Shown here piece after piece: positions 24,067-32,000 of a stretch of DNA of 32,000 bases. The notes under the pieces were generated by a model that ran no database searches, was not told where the DNA came from, and worked only from the letters and a program-made list of their open reading frames with translations. The position numbers and the translations under genes are program-made. The stretch is from Corynebacterium glutamicum ATCC 13032 (GTDB lineage: Bacteria; Actinomycetota; Actinomycetes; Mycobacteriales; Mycobacteriaceae): the NCBI RefSeq assembly GCF_000011325.1, contig NC_003450.3, forward strand, positions 1,530,001 to 1,562,000, written 5' to 3'. The first letter of the stretch is position 1. Each line of letters opens with the position of its first letter.

Positions 24067-24684
24067 TTAAGCAGGTTCAACAGAAGCTGCGAACTGTCCT
24101 GATCCATCATCAAGCCAGCTAATTACTCCAGATGTGAACTGTTGAGTCCAACCATTTGTTGTTGCTTCTTCAGGCCCAGTTGGGAGACCCACTGCCGCGG
24201 ATAGTCCGCCTTCGCCGATCCAGGTTTCACCGATCATGCCGACCAGTGCTTGTGCACCACCTTCTGCAGAGTTAACAATGTAGCCTTCAGGGAACGTCAC
24301 CAATGACTCACCATTCGGGCCTTCTTCCACGGATTCCGGGGTACTGAATCCTGCAGCATTTGCAGCGGTGACGACGGCAGTTGGGATGCTGATGGTGGAC
24401 CCATCGGCGCTTTCTACTTCAGTGGTGTCTCCTCCAGCAGAGTCAGACCCGGAGTCGGATCCAGAGGTTCCGGAAGGCTCTGTGGTGGATGCGCTGGAAG
24501 TGCCGGTGGCATCGTTAATTGCAGATCCCGCGGCGGAGGTTGCAGAGTTGGCAGCATCTGTTGCGCTATCCACAGCATCTTCTGCGTTTGAGCAAGACGC
24601 AACACCAAGTGACAGTGCGACGGCAGCGGTGCCTGCGAAAATGCGAGTACGCAGTTTCTTGTTTGGAAGAGTGCTCACGTGCAT
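24067..24684 (-). CDS. Secreted lipoprotein with LGFP-type repeat(s)
   Basis: The signal peptide with lipobox is LSLGVASC, followed by a low-complexity S/T/D/G-rich linker. The C-terminal WIGEGGLSAAVGLPTGPEEATTNGWTQQFTSGVISW matches the LGFP repeat pattern, and a degenerate second copy lies upstream. Confidence 0.75.
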   Translation of the reverse strand: MHVSTLPNKKLRTRIFAGTAAVALSLGVASCSNAEDAVDSATDAANSATSAAGSAINDATGTSSASTTEPSGTSGSDSGSDSAGGDTTEVESADGSTISIPTAVVTAANAAGFSTPESVEEGPNGESLVTFPEGYIVNSAEGGAQALVGMIGETWIGEGGLSAAVGLPTGPEEATTNGWTQQFTSGVISWLDDGSGQFAASVEPA

Positions 24685-24820
24685 TGGCCTTTCTCGAATT
24701 GGGTATCAACAAAGTCCATTGTGGGTAAATCACTTGAGGAAATTCCACCACTCGGTGTGATCTTTAATACATAGAAACAGATCTGTTACCCTTATGAAAT
24801 CTAAGAATCGCGCCACCTGC

Positions 24821-24870
24821 ATAAACAAAAACTCCCCACTACCGCCTGACTAAGGCGATAATGGGGAGTT
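24821..24870 (-). terminator. Intrinsic terminator after the Zn-ribbon/YceI/small-membrane-protein operon
   Basis: A 9-bp stem AACTCCCCA (24830-24838) / TGGGGAGTT (24862-24870) has an inner CGCC/GGCG hairpin. The minus-strand tail is TTTGTTTAT. It starts 17 nt after the small-ORF stop. Confidence 0.65.
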
Positions 24871-24887
24871 TGAAACTCACAGGTGTC

Positions 24888-25079
24888 TTAAGTGTTGCGT
24901 TGTTTTTCTACTTCATCGCGAGTTTTATACGCGGTCCACAGTTGCCAACCACTCACTGCAATGAGCAAGAGCCCAATGAGGACGAAGATCCACATGGATT
25001 CCCACAGTACAAAGCCGGTGAATCCGATGAGCACGATGAGTCTGAACCACAGAGCTGGGATCATCCGTGATGCCATCAT
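24888..25079 (-). CDS. Small (63 aa) two-helix membrane protein, translationally coupled to the YceI-like gene
   Basis: MMASRMIPALWFRLIVLIGFTGFVLWESMWIFVLIGLLLIAVSGWQLW... has two clear hydrophobic helices. The ATG is 3 nt after the YceI stop, with GGAGA 8 nt upstream. Confidence 0.6.
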   Translation of the reverse strand: MMASRMIPALWFRLIVLIGFTGFVLWESMWIFVLIGLLLIAVSGWQLWTAYKTRDEVEKQRNT

Positions 25080-25082
25080 GGT

Positions 25083-25835
25083 TTATTTCTCCAATACGAT
25101 TCGGACGTTGATCTCGCCGGTCTCATTGATCTTTGCGGCGATGAACTCTGGGGTTTCTACACCGAAGTCGAGGCGGTTGATTTCGATATCGGAAGCCACG
25201 ATAACTTGGTCACCAGTACGAAGTACATCAAAGGTAGGCTCCACAGCCTTGGTTTCACCGTGGATGGTCAACTCGCCTGGGATGACAACCTGAGCAATGG
25301 ATCCGGTGTCTGGGAGCGCAGAAAGATCAACGGAATCGGTAACCTCAAAGGTTGCTTCTGGGTACTGATCGGTGTGGAAGAGCTTAGTGCGCACGTTGAT
25401 GTCGCGCTTTTCCTGATCGGTGGTGATGTGAGTCATGTTGACGGTAATCAGACCAGAGATCAGGGAGTTATCCTCGATGACCACTTCGCCAGTGACACCA
25501 GTGGTTGAGCCGGAGGTGATCTTTTCTTCGCCTGGCAGGATCTCAGCGAAGGTGAATCCAGCTGAGGTGGTGTTTGGAATACTCCCTGGGGCAACATCCC
25601 AGGTGCCGTTCATGTCGGTGGACGCAGGTGCTGCGCCATCAGCCTGGATTCCTTCGGTTTTCACACCAGGTCCCATGATGAGCTGGTACACGACAGGTCC
25701 CACTGCAATAGATGCCAAACCAACGATCAAGATGACAAAGATGACGATAATCAATGTCCGGAACTTGATCAGTGGGCTCTCCGCACGACTCGCGCCGCTA
25801 GATTTCTTGGAATCGTTTCCCTGCATGTTGCTCAT
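25083..25835 (-). CDS. YceI-like (polyisoprenoid-binding lipocalin-fold) protein with N-terminal membrane anchor
   Basis: 250 aa with the anchor helix LIIVIFVILIVGLASIAVGPVVY. YceI-domain blocks are WDVAPGS...AGFTF, TGEVVIED, RDINVRTKLFHTDQYPEATFEVT and IHGETK. Confidence 0.8.
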   Translation of the reverse strand: MSNMQGNDSKKSSGASRAESPLIKFRTLIIVIFVILIVGLASIAVGPVVYQLIMGPGVKTEGIQADGAAPASTDMNGTWDVAPGSIPNTTSAGFTFAEILPGEEKITSGSTTGVTGEVVIEDNSLISGLITVNMTHITTDQEKRDINVRTKLFHTDQYPEATFEVTDSVDLSALPDTGSIAQVVIPGELTIHGETKAVEPTFDVLRTGDQVIVASDIEINRLDFGVETPEFIAAKINETGEINVRIVLEK

Positions 25836-26245
25836 TACCTCAACTTCTCAATATTCCGAGCTAATTCCACCATCTCCTGGCACAGCTTCGCGATATCGCG
25901 AGCCTCTTCCTCTTCATTAACAGCGGTTGCGATATCTTCGGCGGCGCACCGGAGCTCAAAGAGCGAATCTTTGAGTTCGCTTGCCCGATCTGGGGACATA
26001 ATCACTGCTTCTGCGGGAATACTTGTGCCAGAGACATTGTTGCGTTGTTCGTAGGCTCGTTGCCTACAAGCTTGGCTGCAGTATTTCCTTGGACGTCCCC
26101 TGCCTGTTGAGGCGACGTCTTTACCGCACCAGGAGCACTTTGTAGTCTGCTGGTTTGGTCTTAATTTCTGCACCTTTAACACCTTAGTCGATTGCCTCCC
26201 ATACAACGATTCGGGGGTTTTGGCTATACTTATAGGTCTGATCAC
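25835..26245 (-). CDS. Conserved-looking hypothetical protein with a 4-Cys zinc-ribbon / Arg-rich motif and an acidic coiled-coil tail
   Basis: CSWCGKDVASTGRGRPRKYCSQACRQRAYEQR has the spacing C-x2-C-x15-C-x3-C. The stop overlaps the YceI ATG (TAATG). The start is uncertain: GTG at 26245, or internal GTGs after GGGAGG. Confidence 0.6.
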   Translation of the reverse strand: MIRPISIAKTPESLYGRQSTKVLKVQKLRPNQQTTKCSWCGKDVASTGRGRPRKYCSQACRQRAYEQRNNVSGTSIPAEAVIMSPDRASELKDSLFELRCAAEDIATAVNEEEEARDIAKLCQEMVELARNIEKLR

Positions 26246-26375
26246 ATTTCAAGGGCAGCTGTTGTGACTGGCAGCGTGTCGTTTTATTTGCACACTAGCA
26301 GGTAAACTGTGTGAGACGAATTCTTTTGCGGCAACTTGGAGGCCGCATTCTAGTAGGCAAAGGACTGATACCTAG

Positions 26376-26774
26376 ATGGCAGATCGCGTTCTTCGTGGCA
26401 GCCGCATGGGCGCCGTGAGCTATGAGACGGATAGGGACCACGATCTGGCTCCTCGCCAGCTCGTGAAGTACAAGACCGCAGACGGGGAAATCTATGAGGT
26501 TCCCTTCGCTGATGATGCGGAAATCCCCGAGGAGTGGATGTGCAAGAACGGTAAGCTAGGCATCCTCATGGAAGGTGAGGGAGTCGAGTCCAAGCCGGTC
26601 AAGCCTCCACGTACTCACTGGGATATGTTGCGTGAGCGTCGCTCAATTGAAGAGCTGGATGTGCTGCTGGAAGAGCGCATCGAGGCACTTCGTAAGCGTC
26701 GTCGCAATGCAGCGAAACTGCTGAAGGCTCAGCAAGAGGCTGAAGAAGCAGAAAAGGCAGCTGAAGAGGTTTAA
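26376..26774 (+). CDS. rbpA: RNA polymerase-binding protein RbpA
   Basis: MADRVLRGSRMGAVSYETDRDHDLAPRQ...EVPFADDAEIPEEWMCKNG...KPPRTHWDMLRERRSIEELD is near-collinear with actinobacterial RbpA as I remember it. Confidence 0.93.
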   Translation: MADRVLRGSRMGAVSYETDRDHDLAPRQLVKYKTADGEIYEVPFADDAEIPEEWMCKNGKLGILMEGEGVESKPVKPPRTHWDMLRERRSIEELDVLLEERIEALRKRRRNAAKLLKAQQEAEEAEKAAEEV

Positions 26775-26797
26775 TCTTCCTGCCTAAGTTAGAAAAA

Positions 26798-26825
26798 CTC
26801 GGTGTGATTTTCACACCGAGTTTTT
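26798..26825 (+). terminator. Intrinsic terminator of rbpA
   Basis: CTCGGTGTGA (26798-26807), a ttt loop, TCACACCGAG (26811-26820), then TTTTT. Confidence 0.9.
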
Positions 26826-26940
26826 CTATTTGCACGTGAGGCATTTATTGCTCGTCTAAGACCTCGAAAACCTCTTAGAAGCGCCTCTGCGGAGGTATGA
26901 CTTTTGATGTGTGGAGCCAAAACCTAAGCCCAATCAAACC

Positions 26941-26993
26941 ACACTGCCCACGGACCTCAACAATCGGTTCCGTGGGCAGTGTGCTTTGGTTTC
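26941..26993 (-). terminator. Long hairpin downstream of ppm1 (possible bidirectional terminator)
   Basis: A perfect 14-bp stem ACACTGCCCACGGA (26941-26954) / TCCGTGGGCAGTGT (26969-26982) has moderately U-rich flanks on both strands. It lies 29 nt after the ppm1 stop. Confidence 0.6.
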
Positions 26994-27010
26994 ACTAACC
27001 GGCAAGCAGT

Positions 27011-27823
27011 TTAGAGCCAGGTGTTGCGCTTTTTGAAGTGCTTCCACTCATAGTTCAGCAGGCCGACCATTTCCTTGGACAGTTCCTTGGCCTGGCCACC
27101 GCGGTGCTTGAGGCCCCACTTGGTTACCTCGAGCAGGGAATCCTTGACAAAGCTGCCGTCCAGCTTGGATTCGCCGATCTCACGCTCGGTGAAAGTGATG
27201 GGAACTTCACGAACATCGAATCCGGCTTCAACTGCACGGTAGGCAATCTCAACTTGGAAAATGTACCCAGCGTTGGAGAGCTCATCAAGCGGCAGTGCTT
27301 CTAGCACTTCACGTCGAAAAGCGCGGTACCCTGCGGTCATATCGGTCAAGCCGGCGCCGAGCGCGACGCTGATGTAGACGTTGCCGCCCTTGGACAAGAG
27401 CCAACGGTTCTTGGGCCAGTTGACTACGCGGCCGCCTGGCACGTAGCGCGAGCCGATGACCAGGTCAGCGCCATTGGTGATCTCAGCGAGCAGCAGGTGC
27501 AGCTGTTCTGGTGCGTGGGAGCCGTCGGCGTCCATTTCGCACAGGACCTGGTAGTCGCGCTCCAGGCCCCACTGGAAGCCAGCCATGTACGCTGCGCACA
27601 GGCCGCCTTTGCCTTCGCGGTGGAGGACAAAAATGTGGTCGTCGTCAGCAGCAAGCTTGTCTGCGCGCTCGCCGGTGCCGTCTGGGCTGTTGTCGTCCAC
27701 GATGAGTACGTGAACGTCAGGGGTTGCGGTGCGCACGCGATCCACGATGAGTGGAAGGTTTTCCAGCTCGTTGTACGTTGGAATAATCACCAGCGTCGTA
27801 GCATCTACTGCCTCACTGCTCAT
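27011..27823 (-). CDS. ppm1: Polyprenol-phosphate mannose synthase (GT2, Dpm1-like)
   Basis: GT2 motifs are [21 protein letters not shown] and the DXD motif MDADGSH. Its position downstream of lnt matches the corynebacterial ppm2(lnt)-ppm1 arrangement. Confidence 0.9.
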   Translation of the reverse strand: MSSEAVDATTLVIIPTYNELENLPLIVDRVRTATPDVHVLIVDDNSPDGTGERADKLAADDDHIFVLHREGKGGLCAAYMAGFQWGLERDYQVLCEMDADGSHAPEQLHLLLAEITNGADLVIGSRYVPGGRVVNWPKNRWLLSKGGNVYISVALGAGLTDMTAGYRAFRREVLEALPLDELSNAGYIFQVEIAYRAVEAGFDVREVPITFTEREIGESKLDGSFVKDSLLEVTKWGLKHRGGQAKELSKEMVGLLNYEWKHFKKRNTWL

Positions 27824-27855
27824 GGTGTTGTCCTCCTCGTCCCTTCGGGACGTTT

Positions 27856-29493
27856 TTATTTTACTTTTCGACGATTAGTTGCTGCCTTTTTCGCAGGCAC
27901 CTTCTTAACCCGAACTTGTGCGGGCCGAGCGGAACCTTTCGCAGACTTTGAACGGCTATTCATTCGAATGGCGAATAGTCCAGCTAATACACCAATGATA
28001 ACCAACAGTAATTCAACATAGAAACCAACCCGCGCTGCGATGGTGACAGTGTCCTTGAGTGGAATGGATTCCGTCAAGGTGGCGGCCTCAAAAATTCGGG
28101 TGTTTTGGGAAATGCTTCCATCAGGGTTGACGATAGCCGAAACACCCGATGTAGCTGCAACAACCACCGCCCTATCAAATTCGATGGCACGCATCCTGCT
28201 CATTGCTAATTGCTGATACGTCATGTCCGTGAATCCGAAGGTGGCGTTGTTGGTGGGCGTGGTCAAAAATTCAGCCCCATTGGCGATGGCGTCGCGGCCA
28301 GCACGGTCGAAGATGACCTCGTAACACGTCATCACGCCCACTGTCACAGCGCGGCCTAAGTTCGCAGCATTCATCTCCACTACGCCGGTGCCATCACCGG
28401 GCTGGAAGTTTCCAGCGGAATCAACGTAGGGCGAGAAAATTCTCAGGAATTCGCGAAACGGCATGTATTCACCAAACGGCTGCAAGAACTTCTTATTGTG
28501 GTACTCCGCGGCACCTTCAACAGGATCAAATACCTGCATGGTGTTGCGTGGACCAACCTCATCGACGGTGATCGTGCCCACCAAAATAGGTGCCTGAACA
28601 TGTTCCACTGCTCCATCGATAATGGCTCTTGCTTGTGCATCGGAAAATGGGTTGACGTCTGAGGAATTCTCCGGCCAGATCACCAAATCCACTTGTTCAT
28701 CCAGCTTGAGGGTTTCCCGTGCGTGATTCGCCAGCACCGCGCGGCGCTGTGCATTGAAGTCCAATCCCATCCGAGGCACATTGCCCTGAATTGCGGCTAC
28801 TTCGATGCTTTCATCGCTCGTGCCATTGCGGTCAACGTACAGGGATGACACCGCGCCGATAGCAATCACACTCGCGGTGATGATTGCGCCGGCCAGTCGC
28901 TTCTTGGAAATAATCACCATGGCCACACCCACGGCAGCCAGCACCGTGGAAAAAGTGACAAACGCTACCCCACCAAGCGCTGCGAGATTAGCCAACGGAC
29001 CGTTAATTTGACCCCATGCCAGGCGAACCCACGCGAATCCATCAAATGGCCACGAGCTTCTTAGATACTCCACAGCCACATACATCGCCGGAAACAGGAG
29101 AACCTTCCAGTCCCTCCAACGCGCAATGAGCACGCCGAAAGCACCAAGAGCAATGGAATAAAGCGCCTCGACAACTGACAACGCGACATAAGGCAGTGAG
29201 CCAACAAACTCACCGATCCACGGCAACAGCTGCAAATATGTCACCAGGCCATGGACAAAACCTAAAAGCATGCCCTGTACAACAGTTGGGCCCGTGGACA
29301 TCTGTTGCAAAAATGGGACTGGCTCATTCTTCTTCCGCCGCTTTTGGGGAACTCCCAGATCCCACGGCGCAAGGGAGATAAAAAATAATGCAGTGCCAAC
29401 AATTCCCGCGACAAACCAGCCGATCGGTTCATTGGAAGCAAAGACAAAAAGCCCGCCCACAGCAGCAAGGGCGAGCCGAACAAACAGTGTCAC
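27856..29493 (-). CDS. lnt: Apolipoprotein N-acyltransferase (Lnt; Ppm2 in corynebacteria)
   Basis: 545 aa with a multi-helix N-terminal domain and a CN-hydrolase domain. The catalytic-type residues are VIWPENS ... K ... MTCYEVIF. The GTG start directly abuts the fxsA stop, and the tail is basic. Confidence 0.88.
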   Translation of the reverse strand: MTLFVRLALAAVGGLFVFASNEPIGWFVAGIVGTALFFISLAPWDLGVPQKRRKKNEPVPFLQQMSTGPTVVQGMLLGFVHGLVTYLQLLPWIGEFVGSLPYVALSVVEALYSIALGAFGVLIARWRDWKVLLFPAMYVAVEYLRSSWPFDGFAWVRLAWGQINGPLANLAALGGVAFVTFSTVLAAVGVAMVIISKKRLAGAIITASVIAIGAVSSLYVDRNGTSDESIEVAAIQGNVPRMGLDFNAQRRAVLANHARETLKLDEQVDLVIWPENSSDVNPFSDAQARAIIDGAVEHVQAPILVGTITVDEVGPRNTMQVFDPVEGAAEYHNKKFLQPFGEYMPFREFLRIFSPYVDSAGNFQPGDGTGVVEMNAANLGRAVTVGVMTCYEVIFDRAGRDAIANGAEFLTTPTNNATFGFTDMTYQQLAMSRMRAIEFDRAVVVAATSGVSAIVNPDGSISQNTRIFEAATLTESIPLKDTVTIAARVGFYVELLLVIIGVLAGLFAIRMNSRSKSAKGSARPAQVRVKKVPAKKAATNRRKVK

Positions 29494-30069
29494 TTATTTC
29501 TCACCGTCGGATTCATCTTTACCTTTGGTGAAATCTTCAGGTTTGAGATCAGAAGTCCAGGCTTGGATCTCGTCTTCATCAATCACGATCGGCTCATTTG
29601 ATGGTTGTTGCGCACCACCATTGAATGCCGCTCCGAAGTTTCCGTAGGATGCCTGGGTGCGGTAACCATTAACGGCTTCAAAACCACGCACACCTAGGTT
29701 CTCGATGGCACTGCGCATGCGCTTGGCCAAAACCTTGCGGAACAGCGCCCTGGTTGGTGCAAAAATGAACAACAAACCGATAATCGAAGACACAAACCCC
29801 GGCATGGCCACCAAAATGGCACCAGCTGCGGTCAGCCCAATGTTTCCGGCGATCGCTCCCGCACTTCCCTGGCCCGAAGCCTGATGAATGGCGGCACTCT
29901 TACTAATGCGACGAAGCTCCACGCCGGCTAGAAGAAGTCCACCGACGAAGAACAATACGAGGAGACCCAAAGCCCAGCCGAAACCGAGCCACATGACGAC
30001 ACCAATGAAGGCGAGGATCTCAATAATGAAATATGGGATTGCTATTGCTGCAGGCACATGCCCCACCAT
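29494..30069 (-). CDS. fxsA: FxsA-family cytoplasmic membrane protein
   Basis: The track ORF (247 aa) has a non-protein-like leader. The ATG at 30069 gives 191 aa starting MVGHVPAAIAIPYFIIEILAFIGVVMWLGFGWALG, matching the FxsA N-terminal ...EI..FI.V... pattern. The C-terminal tail is acidic. Confidence 0.8.
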   Translation of the reverse strand: MVGHVPAAIAIPYFIIEILAFIGVVMWLGFGWALGLLVLFFVGGLLLAGVELRRISKSAAIHQASGQGSAGAIAGNIGLTAAGAILVAMPGFVSSIIGLLFIFAPTRALFRKVLAKRMRSAIENLGVRGFEAVNGYRTQASYGNFGAAFNGGAQQPSNEPIVIDEDEIQAWTSDLKPEDFTKGKDESDGEK

Positions 30070-30433
30070 ACCTTTCGACAAGGACCAAATGGCTAATGGA
30101 TCCCTGTGACCTAGAAAACTGTTGGGTGGAGACTTCCTGGCAGCTGCAGATGTGCAATGTGAGTGGTCTAGTTTCCTCAAACGTGCATTTGAGACCAAAC
30201 GCAATACTCGATGAGAGCTGCTTGGTCTGAAACGCACGTTTCTGGGGTCAGGTCGTGCATTATTAGGCCAAACGGAGCTGCAGTTTTGAGGTTCTTGGTC
30301 TGGAAATCACCTAGCGCCGAAACTTAGCTCCCGGACCTAAAATTCGACCCCCTCTAGAATCGCTTCTCCAGGCTTAAAAGCGCGCACCCCACACCAGTGG
30401 ACATCGAGAGAATCCGAGCCTTTAAAACGGCAC

Positions 30434-31750
30434 TCAGACAAGATGATCTATGAGCCATCCCGAGTACTTTTCCAGGTTTCTAAAATAGGGCCCGAAATGG
30501 TTGAGACCTGTGCGTCCTGGCACACGCGGCGCTTGGGATTCATGCCAGGTCAATGGCGTACCCTTGTCCGCCCAGCTATCACGCAATTCCCTAATGGGAT
30601 CAATGGGAATGACATCATCATTTTTAGAGCCCCACAACAGCACTGGGATTTCTGGCGCCACACGACCCAGCTTTTGCTTCCCAAACTCAGCGACAACAAG
30701 TGGCAGATCGTCCAGAATGTCTGCCAGCGGCGTGCCCTGATGTGTCCACCCGCGGGAAGACGAGTAGCCACTGGCCAACAAGGAACCTCCCGCGCAGCTG
30801 GTGATATTTTTCAGCACATCACTGACTCCGCGTTCATTTAACACCGACATGATTTCCTCAAACATCTCTGAAGAGTTCACTGCAAGTCCCGCGATGGCGT
30901 AGGCAATCACTCCGGTGAGCAATCCGCCGTCGACAGTGTCCAAGACGCGGAAGAGATCCACTGGTGGAGCGCCCACGACCGCTGCCTTTGGGCGGACATC
31001 AGGTGCGTAATCCTGCAATTGTGCAGCCCAGCCAGTGGCGCCGCCTCCTTGGGAGAATCCCCACAGGCCAAGCGGTGCTTCCGGTGAAAGGCCGAGTTGT
31101 CTGGAGGCGAGGACGGCGTCGAGAAGCGATTTAGCTGCAGCGATGGAATCGCAATAGTATTGGACGCCGGTTGCGGGGTCGCGGGGGTAATCGATGAACA
31201 CAACGTCAAGTCCGTGAGCTAGAAACCAGAGGATGACGGGGAGTTCGTAAGCAATGATTGCGTCGAAGGGTTTGTCATAGAATGCGTTGAGTCCGATGGC
31301 GCAGGTGTGGGAGGGATCGCAGTGCTGTGCGACGCCTTGGGTGGATGGAGCCATGGCGATCGCGGGACGCGGGCCGGTTGTCCAGGGGCGTGTGGAAAAG
31401 AGGACAGCGCCGGTCGCAGTGATGGCTCGACCTGCGGAATCACCGGTGATGTATTCAAAACGGTACGAACTCGCGGGGTTGGGCTCGCCCCGTGCGCCCA
31501 AAACTTTCAAGGGTGCAGCATTGACCAACGTGCCGTGTTTTAGACCGGGAACTCGAACAGCTGCGCCGAAATGTGGGACATCGTCAAAGCCAGGTTTCCG
31601 ATCAGGACGCCGCGAGAGACCCATGATGCGCCGAAAGACTGCCTCACTTCCCTGCTGCACTAGCGGAGACATCGTGCGCCACCAGGCATCACATGACCCG
31701 GCGCGCAAGACCCGTGTGTCGTTGAGGTTGGTGTAGCCCATATCGGCCAC
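30434..31750 (-). CDS. Secretory-lipase (LIP) family alpha/beta hydrolase
   Basis: 438 aa with the nucleophile elbow GFSQGGGA. The LIP-like layout includes a C-terminal ...LLWGSKNDDVIP... block. The start is uncertain: alternative Met codons lie at 31672 and 31624, and no obvious signal peptide follows any of them. Confidence 0.7.
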   Translation of the reverse strand: MADMGYTNLNDTRVLRAGSCDAWWRTMSPLVQQGSEAVFRRIMGLSRRPDRKPGFDDVPHFGAAVRVPGLKHGTLVNAAPLKVLGARGEPNPASSYRFEYITGDSAGRAITATGAVLFSTRPWTTGPRPAIAMAPSTQGVAQHCDPSHTCAIGLNAFYDKPFDAIIAYELPVILWFLAHGLDVVFIDYPRDPATGVQYYCDSIAAAKSLLDAVLASRQLGLSPEAPLGLWGFSQGGGATGWAAQLQDYAPDVRPKAAVVGAPPVDLFRVLDTVDGGLLTGVIAYAIAGLAVNSSEMFEEIMSVLNERGVSDVLKNITSCAGGSLLASGYSSSRGWTHQGTPLADILDDLPLVVAEFGKQKLGRVAPEIPVLLWGSKNDDVIPIDPIRELRDSWADKGTPLTWHESQAPRVPGRTGLNHFGPYFRNLEKYSGWLIDHLV

Positions 31751-31779
31751 ATTAGTGTGCGCGGGTTAGGATTACGCGC

Positions 31780-32000
31780 ATGTCGAGCGATGTTGTTTTT
31801 CAGTCTGTTTCTGTTAATTCTGGTGTGTCTGTGGGTACGGTTTCTTTTCCTGCGGGGCGTGTGGGTGCGTCTGAGTGGGAGATGTTGGCGGATGTTGCGG
31901 AGTCGCAGGGGGATGGTGCGATTTATGTGACGTCGTTGGCGCAGTGTCAGGTGCGTGGGGGTTCGTATTCTCATGCGGAGCCGTGTGCGACGGTGGTGGC
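31780..32000 (+). CDS. 5' part of a nitrite/sulfite-reductase ferredoxin-like half-domain protein (CobG / precorrin-3B synthase-like); continues beyond the window
   Basis: The ATG at 31780 opens a frame with no stop to the window end. FPAGRVGASEWEMLADVAESQGDGAIYVTSLAQCQVRG parallels the ..PGG.i.a.ql..la.va...g...i.lTsR.nlQiRG pattern of CobG/NirA N-termini. It is not in the ORF track because it has no in-window stop. Confidence 0.55.
   Translation, partial: MSSDVVFQSVSVNSGVSVGTVSFPAGRVGASEWEMLADVAESQGDGAIYVTSLAQCQVRGGSYSHAEPCATVV

Noticed and set aside
26246-26375. SigH/SigR-type promoter (GGAAT-N16-18-GTT) upstream of rbpA, as known for Streptomyces rbpA
   Set aside because: I could not find a GGAAT ... 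GTT arrangement with appropriate spacing on the plus strand in this 130-bp region. It contains only small hairpins (TGCGGC..GCCGCA), so I make no promoter call.
30070-30237. 56-codon N-terminal extension of the fxsA ORF
   Set aside because: The leader is Arg/Ser/His-rich and not protein-like. FxsA-type N-terminal helices begin right after the Met at 30069.
31660-31974. 104-aa minus-strand ORF (MRIRTPTHLTLRQRRHINRT...)
   Set aside because: The extreme Arg/Thr/His/Asn/Pro composition is the mirror image of the G+T-rich plus strand. The plus-strand frame from 31780 has a recognisable CobG/NirA-like motif, so the minus-strand ORF is not needed to explain the sequence.

Overview
The window reads as an ordinary, gene-dense actinobacterial chromosome segment. 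Gene order and protein sequences match what I recall of the Corynebacterium glutamicum core genome: gnd, pctABCD, thiED-thiM, ndh, ufaA, gpt, mntP, rbpA, then ppm1, lnt and fxsA. This assignment rests on recall and motif reading; no search was run. I support about 33 CDSs, and several ORF-track starts are re-set to shorter, better supported ones. I also support two riboswitches (TPP upstream of thiM; yybP-ykoY Mn2+ upstream of mntP with an overlapping terminator) and a set of clear intrinsic terminators. I saw no rRNA, tRNA, CRISPR array, transposase, integrase or phage genes. Two structures are not explained by the gene models. (1) Seven head-to-tail 17-bp units with a conserved WTWCGTCAC core sit in a ~590-bp gene-free gap at 21157-21275, with extra copies flanking the neighbouring AlkD-like gene. 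(2) A ~26-nt element, TAAAAGATTTTTGCTTATCGACGCCC, occurs three times, and each time its first three bases are the stop codon of an unrelated gene (positions 221, 16306 on the minus strand, and 23973). Lesser items: a ThiE-ThiD-TenA triple fusion; a CFA-synthase-like protein with a degenerate SAM motif; a translationally coupled Zn-ribbon/YceI/micro-membrane-protein operon divergent from rbpA; several candidate operator palindromes; and an abrupt G+T-rich gene start at the right edge.
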